Source: Nitrospirota bacterium
Lineage (GTDB): Bacteria; Nitrospirota; Thermodesulfovibrionia; Thermodesulfovibrionales; JdFR-88
Assembly: GCA_021789935.1 (NCBI GenBank)
Contig: JAJYIR010000010.1
Location: forward strand, 3,065-67,064
DNA length: 64,000 bases
Direction of reading: 5' to 3'
A program made the translations under genes and the position numbers. Shown one piece after another: positions 33,987 to 43,279 of this stretch (position 1 is the stretch's first letter; every line of letters begins with the position of its first letter). The notes below the pieces were generated by a model. It did no database searches, was not told where the DNA came from, and saw nothing but the letters and a program-made list of their open reading frames with translations.

Positions 33987-35291
33987 CTAATCCTGCGCGT
34001 GGCACTTGTTGCATAGCGACCTTTGTTCAGGGCCGAAAACGGTGCTTATGTTCCTCCCGTAATAGGGGGCGTTGGTGACATACGGCCTGATGAGGTCCTG
34101 GCCCACGTTATACACGGGCCCTGGGGATGAGTCGCTAAGAAAAGTGGCATAAGTGTCCCATCTTGTATCATGGTCGAAGGCCGAGGCATGTGCCCTGTGG
34201 CATGTGAGGCACATGACGTTTTCCTTACCCGTGGAGGGTCCGTCCGTCCTTTCCCCGTTTAGCTGCGTAATGTCCGTTACTCCCCGTTCAAAGGGGACGA
34301 GAGAGAGCCATGAGTGGGCTGCCGTTCCATCAAAAACCCCCGTAGCCACATAGGAGTTGTAGTTTTTCGTGACTGTTGCCATAAGCGCCTGGACGCCGTC
34401 CGGATGCCTGCGGGCATCATTGTGCGAGGTGTTTCCGCTGTTTGAAAAATCGCAGTGGCAGTTGGAGCACCACTCAGACATGCCGGAACCGTAATCCACG
34501 TGGTGCCTGTTGTCCGCCGTCTCAGCGAAATGATATGCGGGGTCGGAATCCGCGGCGGCGATAGGATCTCCGTAATCCCAGGTTGGAGAGCCCGATTGCA
34601 CGTTGTCCCAGTCTGTGCGGTTCAATAGTCTGTATTTTCCCAGGCTGGAGCCTCCCGGTGCGGTCCCGCCATAAGAGCCAGACCGGCTGATGGGCGGGAG
34701 AGAGGCGCCGCCGTTGCCGGCATAGGTGCTGTTTGGCAGCCTGCCGTGCGGGTCATGGCAGTTTATGCATGAGAAATCTGCGCTGGTGACGGTAAAGCCT
34801 GGAGAGTTGGAATCGCAGCTGCTGTTTCCCGGAGGCTCCTGCATAAAGGGACTGTTCGTAAGGCCGTAGTCCAGTGCCACTATGGCGTGGCCCTTGTTGA
34901 AACCGTTGTATTTCGCAATGGTTTTAGTGCCGTCCGGGTTTATTATTGTTACTGAACCGCTTTCGGTCAGCCAGAAGAAATCCCCCCCGGGAGAAAATAC
35001 GCTTCCGTCGGTGCTCAACACCTGGTATGGCTGGCCCTTCATTGCGTGGCAGTTAAGGCATGTGGAGCTCGGGTCTGATCCCCTGGTGTACCCGGGGCCG
35101 CCCATCGGTTCGCCCGGCCCGCCGGGGTGCATGACATGGCAGCCCTCGCAATATCCCACGCCGCCCGAATGGAACAGTGTGTCTCCATGACTATCGGTGG
35201 ATATTAAAAAAATAAGGGTGCTCGCAACGCAAAGCAGGATTAGGGCCTCGGCTATGCGTTCTTGCAACTTAGAATTGTGCCTTGTGAACAT
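33987..35291 (-). CDS. OmcS-family hexaheme c-type cytochrome (secreted), paralog
   Basis: 434 aa, signal peptide, six CXXCH motifs (CEGCH, CLNCH, CINCH, CSNCH, CLTCH, CNKCH). Ends ...CNKCHAQD, close to my recollection of the OmcS C-terminus. MSEWCSNCH and RHPDG blocks match OmcS. Confidence 0.85.
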   Translation of the reverse strand: MFTRHNSKLQERIAEALILLCVASTLIFLISTDSHGDTLFHSGGVGYCEGCHVMHPGGPGEPMGGPGYTRGSDPSSTCLNCHAMKGQPYQVLSTDGSVFSPGGDFFWLTESGSVTIINPDGTKTIAKYNGFNKGHAIVALDYGLTNSPFMQEPPGNSSCDSNSPGFTVTSADFSCINCHDPHGRLPNSTYAGNGGASLPPISRSGSYGGTAPGGSSLGKYRLLNRTDWDNVQSGSPTWDYGDPIAAADSDPAYHFAETADNRHHVDYGSGMSEWCSNCHCDFSNSGNTSHNDARRHPDGVQALMATVTKNYNSYVATGVFDGTAAHSWLSLVPFERGVTDITQLNGERTDGPSTGKENVMCLTCHRAHASAFDHDTRWDTYATFLSDSSPGPVYNVGQDLIRPYVTNAPYYGRNISTVFGPEQRSLCNKCHAQD

Positions 35292-35758
35292 CCTTCCTCC
35301 GGGGGATCAGTAAGCAATTAGTATGCCCCTGCGGCCATGCATTTTTAAAATCATTAGAAACAAATACTTACCTGTGGTTGTATAAGCAGCCAAAAAAGGA
35401 AATGGTTAAAACTGCGCAATTTGCCGCATAAACTGAGGTAAATCACGGATTTTGGAGGCTGAAGAGGGAGAAATAAAGGTTTATCTTCGGTTACTTTTTG
35501 TATTTTATTTTTTAAGTTAATATATCTTCGGTTGTGTGAGCACCCGGGTTGCATGTTCTTGAGAGGACCCGGGAACTTTTTTTAAAATTATTGCGGTATC
35601 GTGCATCCCATGGTTGTGTGTAGGGCATGGGGAGCTGAAAACTTCCATGCATCAAGATTTCCGGAGGCGGGGAAAATCTTCAATTCTTTCTCCGGGAAAT
35701 TCTATAATAACGGGACAGCCTTTTTTTTTGATTTTTTGAGGAGGTAATTCCATTTAAG

Positions 35759-38287
35759 GTGAAAAAAAGATACGAGCCCGGGGAGATCGAGCTTAAATGG
35801 CAGGAGATCTGGGCCCAAAAGGGAAAAAACATTTTTTCCAGCAGGGTTTCAAAGACAGCCCCCAAATTCTATTGCCTGGAAATGTTCCCTTATCCCTCGG
35901 GTAAGATACATATGGGCCATGTAAGGAATTACGCCATCGGTGATGTCATAGCCCGGTACAAGAGGATGCGCGGTTATAACGTGCTTCATCCAATGGGTTG
36001 GGATGCGTTCGGCCTGCCCGCCGAAAACGCCGCCATAAAAGAAGGTGTTCACCCGGCCCGCTGGACCCACGAAAATATCGCTTACATGAAAAAGCAGCTG
36101 GTAAGGCTTGGGCTTTCCTATGACTGGTCCAGGGAGTTGGCCACGTGTCTGCCGGAGTACTACAGGTGGAACCAGTGGTTTTTCATCAAAATGTATGAAA
36201 AAGGCATTGCCTACAGAAAGGCCTCCTTCGTAAACTGGTGTCCCTCCTGTTCCACAGTGCTCGCAAATGAGCAGGTGATAGAGGGCAAATGCTGGCGCTG
36301 TGACAGCACGGTGATACAGAAGGAACTGGAACAGTGGTTTTTAAGGATAACGGCTTATCAGCAGGAGCTTCTCGATGCCGCGGACAGCCTTGCCGGATGG
36401 CCTCAAAAGGTGGTCCTGATGCAGAAAAACTGGATCGGCCGCAGCGAGGGGCTTGAGGCAATGTTCCGGGTGGAGGGGAGCGATGAGAGCATAGTCGTAT
36501 TTACGACAAGGGCGGATACCCTTTTCGGGGCCAGGTTCATATGTCTGGCGCCGGCCCATCCGCTGGCGGAAAAATTCGCTGAACCGGGCGCTCTTGCGAA
36601 AATCAGGGAGCATTACGGCAAGGTGGACGAGAAGCATGGTCTTTTTACCGGGCGGTACGCCATCAACCCCGCCAACGGTGAAAAGATACCCATTTATGTG
36701 GCCAATTTCGTATTGATGGAATACGGCACCGGGGCGATAATGTCTGTCCCGGCCCACGACCAGCGTGATTTTGAGTTTGCGCAAAAATATGGCCTTCCGG
36801 TGAAGGTGGCGGTAAAACCTGAAGGGGGAGAGGAAATCCCGGAGGGTAAGGCCTTCGAGGAGGACGGTATTCTTGCAGACAGCGGGCCATTCACCGGATT
36901 AAAGAGCGCTGAGGCCCGCGCAAAGATAGCCGGGTTCATTGAAGGCAAGGGCATGGGCAGGCGCATGGTGAATTACCGGTTGAGGGACTGGGGGATATCC
37001 CGCCAGCGCTACTGGGGGACGCCTATCCCGATAATCTACTGCGAACACTGCGGGGCCGTGCCGGTGCCGGAGAAGGACCTTCCCGTTATTTTGCCTGAAG
37101 ATGTGAAATTCACCGGGACGGGCGCCTCTCCGCTTGCGGAGGCTGAGAACTTTGTAAATACGGTCTGTCCTTCGTGCGGCGGAAAGGCCCGGAGGGAAAC
37201 GGACACGATGGATACGTTTATGGACTCATCCTGGTACTATGTCCGCTATTGTTCGAGAAAAGACGAGCCTGCCCTGGATAAGGAAAACCTCAGGTATTAC
37301 ATGCCGGTGGACCAGTATGTTGGCGGTGTGGAGCACGCAGTCCTGCACCTGCTGTATTCCAGATTTTTCATGCGCGTGATAAGGGACCTCGGTCTGTCCG
37401 AGGTGCCGGAGCCTTTCCAGAGACTGCTTACCCAGGGTATGGTCTGCATGGAGACCACCCGCTGCCCGGAGCACGGATGGCTTTATCCCTCCGAAGCCGA
37501 GGGAGGGGTGTGCGCCAAATGCGGGAGGTCCGTGGAGCGTGGCCGGACCGAAAAGATGTCTAAATCGAAGAGAAACGTCGTTGACCCCGACCACCTGATT
37601 AAAACATACGGCGCGGACACCGCGAGGCTTTTCTCGCTTTTTGCCGCCCCCCCGGAAAACGATCTTCAATGGTCTGAAAAAGGGGTGGAGGGCGCTCAAA
37701 GGTTCATACTGAGGGTCTGGGCGTTCATACATGACAACATGGAAAGACTTGAGGCCGTGAAGGGGCAGCTCCCGGAGGGGAAATCGCCCCTTTTGAGGAA
37801 GACCCATCAGACCATAATGCGTGTCACAAGGGACATCGAGCGTGAATATCATTTCAATACCGCCATAGCCGCCATGATGGAACTGGTCAATACGCTTACG
37901 GCCTTTGAACCGGCTGAATCCGGACCCGAAAACCGGGAAGACCTCCGCCAGATGCGCTTTGCCGTGGAGAAGATGCTTCTTCTTTTGAGCCCATTTTGTC
38001 CGCATGTGGCGGAAGAGCTGTGGGAGGCCATCGGAATGCCCGCATCCATACGGCTTGAGTCCTGGCCCGGGTATGATGAGGAAGCGGCGAGGGAAGAGGA
38101 GATAGAGCTCGTAATACAGGTGAACGGGAAGGTCCGGACGAAGATAATGGTGCCTCATGGGCTGCCTGACGATGAGCTCAAGACCCGGGCCATGGCGCTT
38201 CCCAGGATACAGGACGCTGTCGCCGGCAGGCAGGTAATAAACATATTTGCCGTAAAGGGAAAGCTTGTAAACATAGTGATCAGATGA
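35759..38287 (+). CDS. leuS: Leucine--tRNA ligase
   Basis: 842 aa. HMGH and KMSKS class-I signatures and a CP1 editing domain. GTG start. Confidence 0.95.
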   Translation: MKKRYEPGEIELKWQEIWAQKGKNIFSSRVSKTAPKFYCLEMFPYPSGKIHMGHVRNYAIGDVIARYKRMRGYNVLHPMGWDAFGLPAENAAIKEGVHPARWTHENIAYMKKQLVRLGLSYDWSRELATCLPEYYRWNQWFFIKMYEKGIAYRKASFVNWCPSCSTVLANEQVIEGKCWRCDSTVIQKELEQWFLRITAYQQELLDAADSLAGWPQKVVLMQKNWIGRSEGLEAMFRVEGSDESIVVFTTRADTLFGARFICLAPAHPLAEKFAEPGALAKIREHYGKVDEKHGLFTGRYAINPANGEKIPIYVANFVLMEYGTGAIMSVPAHDQRDFEFAQKYGLPVKVAVKPEGGEEIPEGKAFEEDGILADSGPFTGLKSAEARAKIAGFIEGKGMGRRMVNYRLRDWGISRQRYWGTPIPIIYCEHCGAVPVPEKDLPVILPEDVKFTGTGASPLAEAENFVNTVCPSCGGKARRETDTMDTFMDSSWYYVRYCSRKDEPALDKENLRYYMPVDQYVGGVEHAVLHLLYSRFFMRVIRDLGLSEVPEPFQRLLTQGMVCMETTRCPEHGWLYPSEAEGGVCAKCGRSVERGRTEKMSKSKRNVVDPDHLIKTYGADTARLFSLFAAPPENDLQWSEKGVEGAQRFILRVWAFIHDNMERLEAVKGQLPEGKSPLLRKTHQTIMRVTRDIEREYHFNTAIAAMMELVNTLTAFEPAESGPENREDLRQMRFAVEKMLLLLSPFCPHVAEELWEAIGMPASIRLESWPGYDEEAAREEEIELVIQVNGKVRTKIMVPHGLPDDELKTRAMALPRIQDAVAGRQVINIFAVKGKLVNIVIR

Positions 38288-38832
38288 AGAAAAGTGATCA
38301 TATAAAAAAAACGGGCCGCTATGCGGTCTTCATTTTTATGCTAGTGTTTCTTGCCGCTCCGCTTGCGGGCTGCGGATACTCTATTGTGGGCAGGCGGGGC
38401 CTGGCCGCCACCAGCGTGAGCATCGGCCCGATAGAGAACAAGACCACTGAGCCCGGCCTTGAGGAGACTCTTTATTCCGCTCTTTCCGACGAGCTTATGA
38501 AACAGGGTATAAATGTGGACCAGGACTCACCCAGCAGGATATACGGCACCCTGAACACTTTCCAGTTCCTGGGGGTCTCGGAGACAAACCAGGTATTTAC
38601 CTCATATCAGATAACGATATCCGGGAGCTTTTTTTTCAGGGACGCCAACGGGAAACAAACCGTTCTTGCCAGTTCATCCCCTTTCATTATTTCCTTTTCC
38701 TCCCAGGGGGACTTGAACGATGTTTTCGCCCAAAGGCAGGAGGCCATCAAGGCCGGAATGCAGAGCTTCGCATCACAGATGGTCTCCGGTCTCATAACCG
38801 TGCCCGTAAAGGCGGCGGCCACCGCCAAATAG
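38284..38832 (+). CDS. lptE: LPS-assembly lipoprotein LptE-like
   Basis: 182 aa, lipobox LAGCGY. Conserved leuS-lptE-holA synteny; ATGA overlap with leuS. Confidence 0.6.
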   Translation: MKKSDHIKKTGRYAVFIFMLVFLAAPLAGCGYSIVGRRGLAATSVSIGPIENKTTEPGLEETLYSALSDELMKQGINVDQDSPSRIYGTLNTFQFLGVSETNQVFTSYQITISGSFFFRDANGKQTVLASSSPFIISFSSQGDLNDVFAQRQEAIKAGMQSFASQMVSGLITVPVKAAATAK

Positions 38833-38874
38833 GGAGTTTTTTTAAAAAAATGGCTAAAAAGCAAAAGCCTTAAA

Positions 38875-39732
38875 GTGAAAACATTTCTCGAAGAGCTTAA
38901 AAACGGATTGCCGGGGCCCATTTACATTGCCTATTGCGCCGACCTTTACCTGCTTTATGAGGCGAAACTCATGGTCAAAAAGACCGCTCCGCCTGAATCC
39001 GCCAGCCTGTCCGTGGAATGCCTTGATGCCGGAGGAGACGGGTTCTCCGTGGCCGGCATGCTGGAGGCGGTCCGCTCCATCCCTTTTTTTGGCGGCCGCA
39101 AGGTTGTAATAGTTGAAAACCTGGATTCTCTCAAGGCGGATGCCCTTAAAAAGATACAGGCCTACGCAAGGGACCCTGAGCCCCTGAGCCTTCTTTTCAT
39201 GCTCATGAAGTCCAAGAAAGAGCCGCAAGGTTTCCCGGCGGAGGTGAGGCTTCTTCCTCTGTCCATGAAGCCATGGGAAGTCCCGGTCTGGATTAAAAAG
39301 AAGGCGAAGGATGAGGGGTTCGAGCTTTCAGAGGAAGTGGCCTCATGGCTTAACGAAAATTATTCATCCGAGCCCGGCCTTATAGCCTCGGAACTGAAAA
39401 AGCTCTCCCTGGCGGGCAAACCAAGAATAGAGATGGAGGACGTGCGGCAGCTTATCCTGGACATGTCCGAGCATAACGCCTTCGATCTGATCAGGGCGCT
39501 TCTGGCAAAAAACCATGCAAAACTTTTCAGGCTGGCCCGGGAGTTGAGGGGGCAACAGGATATCGTGATGCTCATGGGCGCCCTGAACAAGGAGTTTTCC
39601 AAGCCGGGGACCCCGCCCGGCGTTCATGAAAAAGCGATAGAGCTTCTCCGGGAGGCGGATATGAAATCAAAGGCCCTCTACGGGATTTACCCGGTAGAGG
39701 ACCTTCTTGCCAGACTGCTAAAGCTGGTCTGA
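38875..39732 (+). CDS. holA: DNA polymerase III delta subunit-like
   Basis: 285 aa. Position after leuS-lptE and weak HolA-like N-terminal sequence. Shorter than typical HolA. Confidence 0.55.
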   Translation: MKTFLEELKNGLPGPIYIAYCADLYLLYEAKLMVKKTAPPESASLSVECLDAGGDGFSVAGMLEAVRSIPFFGGRKVVIVENLDSLKADALKKIQAYARDPEPLSLLFMLMKSKKEPQGFPAEVRLLPLSMKPWEVPVWIKKKAKDEGFELSEEVASWLNENYSSEPGLIASELKKLSLAGKPRIEMEDVRQLILDMSEHNAFDLIRALLAKNHAKLFRLARELRGQQDIVMLMGALNKEFSKPGTPPGVHEKAIELLREADMKSKALYGIYPVEDLLARLLKLV

Positions 39733-39777
39733 TTGATTTTATCCGGTTAGGAAAAGCTCTTTTTTTAAAAGAAAGAA

Positions 39778-40065
39778 CTACTCTTTATCTTTTGCCTTGT
39801 TGGCCATTTTGGCCAGCCTGGAGATCTTCCGGGAAGCCGTTTTCTTGTGCAATATCCCTTTGGACGCTGCCTTGGAGTAGGCCTTTACCGCTTCCTTGAG
39901 AGTGCCGGAGGCAGCCTCCGCATTCTTTTCTGATACCACCTTGGCTAGCTTTTTTGAAACCGTCTTCAGCGCGCTTTTGGCGGCTATGTTCTTCGAATGG
40001 TTCTTTTCCGCCTGCCTGACTCTTTTTTCGGCAGACGGGTTCTTTTTCTTTTTTGGTGCCGGCAA
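39778..40065 (-). CDS. rpsT: 30S ribosomal protein S20
   Basis: 95 aa, very basic. N-terminal ...SAEKRVRQAEKNHSKN... is typical of bS20. Confidence 0.9.
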   Translation of the reverse strand: MPAPKKKKNPSAEKRVRQAEKNHSKNIAAKSALKTVSKKLAKVVSEKNAEAASGTLKEAVKAYSKAASKGILHKKTASRKISRLAKMANKAKDKE

Positions 40066-40236
40066 TCTAATCCTCCTCTTAGGGGCTATTGTTTAGCTTA
40101 TAAACTATCATATCTTTCCTCATGAAATCAATACCCGCGTTTTGTCAGCCCGTACCTTGATATGTTACATTATAATTTGCCGTATAAGTGCCGCTTTAAG
40201 ATTTTTTTTTTATTCAGAGGGAAACGGAGAAAAATC

Positions 40237-42189
40237 ATGGGCAGGAACATAGCGGAGAAGATACTGGATGCTCATCTGGTCTATGGGGATGTAAAGACCG
40301 GCTCGCGCGCCGGGCTCAAGATAGACCATGTTTACACGCAGGACGCAACCGGCACGATGGCATGGCTGCAGTTCGAGGCCATAGGAGTGGACAGGGTCAA
40401 GGTGCCCCTGTCGGTCTCTTATGTGGACCACAACATGCTTCAGTCAAATTTCATGAACGCCGACGACCATGAGTTTCTGCGGACCGCCGCGCAAAAATTC
40501 GGGGCCTGGTTTTCCAGGCCTGGCAACGGGATATCCCACCAGATACATCTGGAGAGATTCTCCGCCCCGGGCAAAATAGCTCTGGGCACGGACAGCCATA
40601 CTCCGACCGGAGGCGGTATCGGCATGATGGCCATAGGCGTGGGCGGGCTTGACGCCGCAACGGTGATGGCCGGTGCGCCTTTTGAGCTAAGGGTCCCTGA
40701 GGTGCTGAGGGTAAGACTAACAGGCAAGCTGAAAAGGCCCTGGGTAATGGCCATGGATGTAATCCTGGAACTCCTCAGGAGGTTGAGCGTAAAAGGCGGA
40801 GTGGGGAAGATAATCGAATATTCCGGGCCGGGTGTAAAGCAGCTAAGCGTGCCTGAGCGCGCTACCATCACCAACATGGGCGCGGAACTCGGGGCCACGA
40901 CCTCAATATTTCCCAGCGACGAGCGGACCCTTGTTTTCATGAAGGCCCAGAACCGCGAAAAGGACTGGGTGGAACTCAAGGCCGATGAAGACGCCTCTTA
41001 TTCAGACACTATAAGCATAAACCTTTCGGAACTCGAGCCCATGATGGCGGCGCCCCACAGCCCGGACAAGGTGGTCCCGGCAAGGGAGCTGGCGGGAATG
41101 AAGATAGACCAGGCCTGCATAGGCAGCTGCACGAACTCTTCTTTTGTGGCGCTCAAGGAGGTTGCCTCGGCCTTGAAGGGGAGGGTGGTTTCCCCCGGAG
41201 TGGGCCTCCTTGTAAATACAGGCAGCCGCCAGGTAGCGCTGATGCTGGCCAAAGACGGCACCGCCTCCGATTTCCTGGGCGCGGGCGCACGGATGCTGGA
41301 GTCTTCCTGCGGGCCGTGCATAGGAATGGGCGGTGCGCCCGGCAGCGGGCAGGTCTCTATCCGGACCTATAACAGGAACTTCATGGGCAGGAGCGGCACG
41401 AAGGACGCCAAGGTATATCTGGCAAACCCCCTCTTGTGCGCCCTTTTTGCGTTGAAAGGGGAGGTGGTTGATCCCATGAAGGAAGAGGAGATAAAAGTGA
41501 AGCGTATCAAGGAGCCCGCAAGCTTCCTGATCGACGACAAGATGCTCATCCCGCCCTCTGGCGATGAAAGCTCCGTTATTAAAAAAGGGCCAAATATCAA
41601 GGAAGTCCCCCTGAAGAAAGCATTGGATGACGTCATACGCGCCCAGGCCCTTCTTGTGGTGGGTGACAACATAACGACAGACGATATAATGCCCGCGGGC
41701 TCCCAGATACTCCCCCTTCGCTCCAACATCCCGGCCATTTCTCAATATGTCTACAGGGGGATTGACGCCGATTTCAGCAAGCGGGCGCTTGAAGCGAAGG
41801 AAAAAGGCGGGGGGGCGATCATAGGCGGGGAAAATTACGGGCAGGGCTCATCCAGGGAGCATGCGGCGTTGGCCCCCATGTATCTTGGCGTAAAGGTGGT
41901 CATCGCAAGGTCCTTTGCGCGCATACACAGGGCGAACCTTATCAACTTTGGCATCCTGCCCCTTGCGTTCAAAGACCAGGGGGGCCATGATAAAATAAAA
42001 CCTGGTGACATGCTTCTGATAGAAAACGTAAGGGCGGCGGTCAAGGGAGGCCAGTCCTGCACCGTGCAGAACCTCACCAGCGGCCTTACCTTTGAGGTTG
42101 TGTCCAACCTGACGGAACGTGAGGCCGATCTCATTTTGTCCGGCGGGCTTTTGTCTTACATCCGGGCACGTTTTGCGGACCGGAACTGA
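40237..42189 (+). CDS. Aconitate hydratase (about 650-aa short aconitase type)
   Basis: ATG at 40237 is preceded by the SD ggaga; the track ORF from 40162 adds an implausible leader. Cluster-ligand blocks IGSCTNS and SCGPCIGMG, and a swivel domain with GENYGQGSSREHAA. Confidence 0.85.
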   Translation: MGRNIAEKILDAHLVYGDVKTGSRAGLKIDHVYTQDATGTMAWLQFEAIGVDRVKVPLSVSYVDHNMLQSNFMNADDHEFLRTAAQKFGAWFSRPGNGISHQIHLERFSAPGKIALGTDSHTPTGGGIGMMAIGVGGLDAATVMAGAPFELRVPEVLRVRLTGKLKRPWVMAMDVILELLRRLSVKGGVGKIIEYSGPGVKQLSVPERATITNMGAELGATTSIFPSDERTLVFMKAQNREKDWVELKADEDASYSDTISINLSELEPMMAAPHSPDKVVPARELAGMKIDQACIGSCTNSSFVALKEVASALKGRVVSPGVGLLVNTGSRQVALMLAKDGTASDFLGAGARMLESSCGPCIGMGGAPGSGQVSIRTYNRNFMGRSGTKDAKVYLANPLLCALFALKGEVVDPMKEEEIKVKRIKEPASFLIDDKMLIPPSGDESSVIKKGPNIKEVPLKKALDDVIRAQALLVVGDNITTDDIMPAGSQILPLRSNIPAISQYVYRGIDADFSKRALEAKEKGGGAIIGGENYGQGSSREHAALAPMYLGVKVVIARSFARIHRANLINFGILPLAFKDQGGHDKIKPGDMLLIENVRAAVKGGQSCTVQNLTSGLTFEVVSNLTEREADLILSGGLLSYIRARFADRN

Positions 42190-42264
42190 AGGGGAAAAAA
42201 GATCAAAATCAAAGTCAAAATCAAAAAGTCTGTTTGATTCTATTCTGCAGCAAGGAGGCGGTTT

Positions 42265-42774
42265 GTGAACATTAGAAAGGCAGTGGTTTTTTGTTTTTGC
42301 ATCATGTTCCTTTTTGGCGTCGCATCGATAGCGGCTGGGGCCCAGGCGGCGGCAATAGTATCAGAGGGAAAGGTGGTCAAGGTGAATTACACCCTCACGG
42401 TTGACGGAAAGGTTGTTGACACCTCAAAGGGCCGCGGACCACTCGTCGTTGCGATCGGGAAGCACCAGGTGATACCCGGATTTGAAAAGGGTCTCATGGG
42501 CATGAAAGTGGGGCAGAAGAAGTCTTTTACGGTTTCCCCTAAAGACGGCTACGGAGAGGTCAACCCGAAAGCTATCGTCGAGATACCCAAAAGCAAACTG
42601 CCCGCGGGCGTAAAGATCACGCCGGGCATGACGCTTTACGGCCGGGGGCCGAGCGGGCAGCCCGTCCCTGTAAAGGTCGTAAAGGTCAAGAAGGACACCG
42701 CGGTTGTCGATCTTAACAACCCCATGGCGGGCAAGACGCTGAATTTTGCTGTGCAGGTGATGGACATAAAGTAA
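42265..42774 (+). CDS. FKBP-type peptidyl-prolyl cis-trans isomerase (secreted)
   Basis: 169 aa, signal peptide. VKVNYTLTVDGKVVDTS...VIPGFEKGLMGMKVGQKK FKBP core. Confidence 0.8.
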   Translation: MNIRKAVVFCFCIMFLFGVASIAAGAQAAAIVSEGKVVKVNYTLTVDGKVVDTSKGRGPLVVAIGKHQVIPGFEKGLMGMKVGQKKSFTVSPKDGYGEVNPKAIVEIPKSKLPAGVKITPGMTLYGRGPSGQPVPVKVVKVKKDTAVVDLNNPMAGKTLNFAVQVMDIK

Positions 42775-43006
42775 AAGGCCGTTGTTTGCAGTAAAAAATC
42801 AAAAAATCCCGTCGCCCTTTACGCGAAGTAAAACTGGCCGCACTCCGGGGATCCGGAAGGGTCCCCGGCCAAGCCGGAAACGGCGAATTTGTTTTAAGCT
42901 TGAATGCCGGATATCAGGGGTGGCATCAGGCCAGGGGCATCGGATCGGGTGGCATAGGGCCGTCAGGATGCAGGGGGGGTTAAAAATAAAAAATCCGGCC
43001 GGAGGT

Positions 43007-43279
43007 TCAGGCTTTTTTCTCTCTTTTCCGGATGGCCCAGACTTCTATCGCCACCTCGGGGCACATCCTTGCACAGATGGCGCACCCTGAGCAATCCTCC
43101 ATCCTTACGGCCTGTGCAGTGTAAAAACCCGACGGATGGAGTTTCTTGTCCATCTCAATGACGTTTTTGGGGCATGCCAGCGCACAGTATTTGCAGCCTT
43201 TGCAAAGCTCGGTCCTGATGCGTATCTTGCCCCGTGCGGGGCTGTTGGAAAAAACTCCTTTTTTTCCCGTTGTCATCAT
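43007..43279 (-). CDS. 2x[4Fe-4S] ferredoxin
   Basis: 90 aa with CKGCKYCALACP and CSGCAICARMCP. Overlaps the recN stop by 4 nt. Confidence 0.8.
   Translation of the reverse strand: MMTTGKKGVFSNSPARGKIRIRTELCKGCKYCALACPKNVIEMDKKLHPSGFYTAQAVRMEDCSGCAICARMCPEVAIEVWAIRKREKKA

Noticed and set aside
35354-35554. 66-aa minus-strand ORF in the omcS-like/leuS divergent region
   Set aside because: AT-rich promoter-type DNA with no SD. The sequence looks like a random ORF.
42845-42884. Possible SRP (4.5S) RNA because of UCCGGAAGG
   Set aside because: The hairpin is perfectly paired. It lacks the conserved asymmetric/symmetric internal loops (GGAA...AGCAGCC) of SRP RNA helix 8, and the surrounding sequence does not fit the 4.5S consensus.
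42782-43090. 102-aa plus-strand ORF
   Set aside because: R/G/P-rich low complexity. It overlaps the 3' end of the ferredoxin gene and a hairpin-rich intergenic region, with no SD or family similarity.
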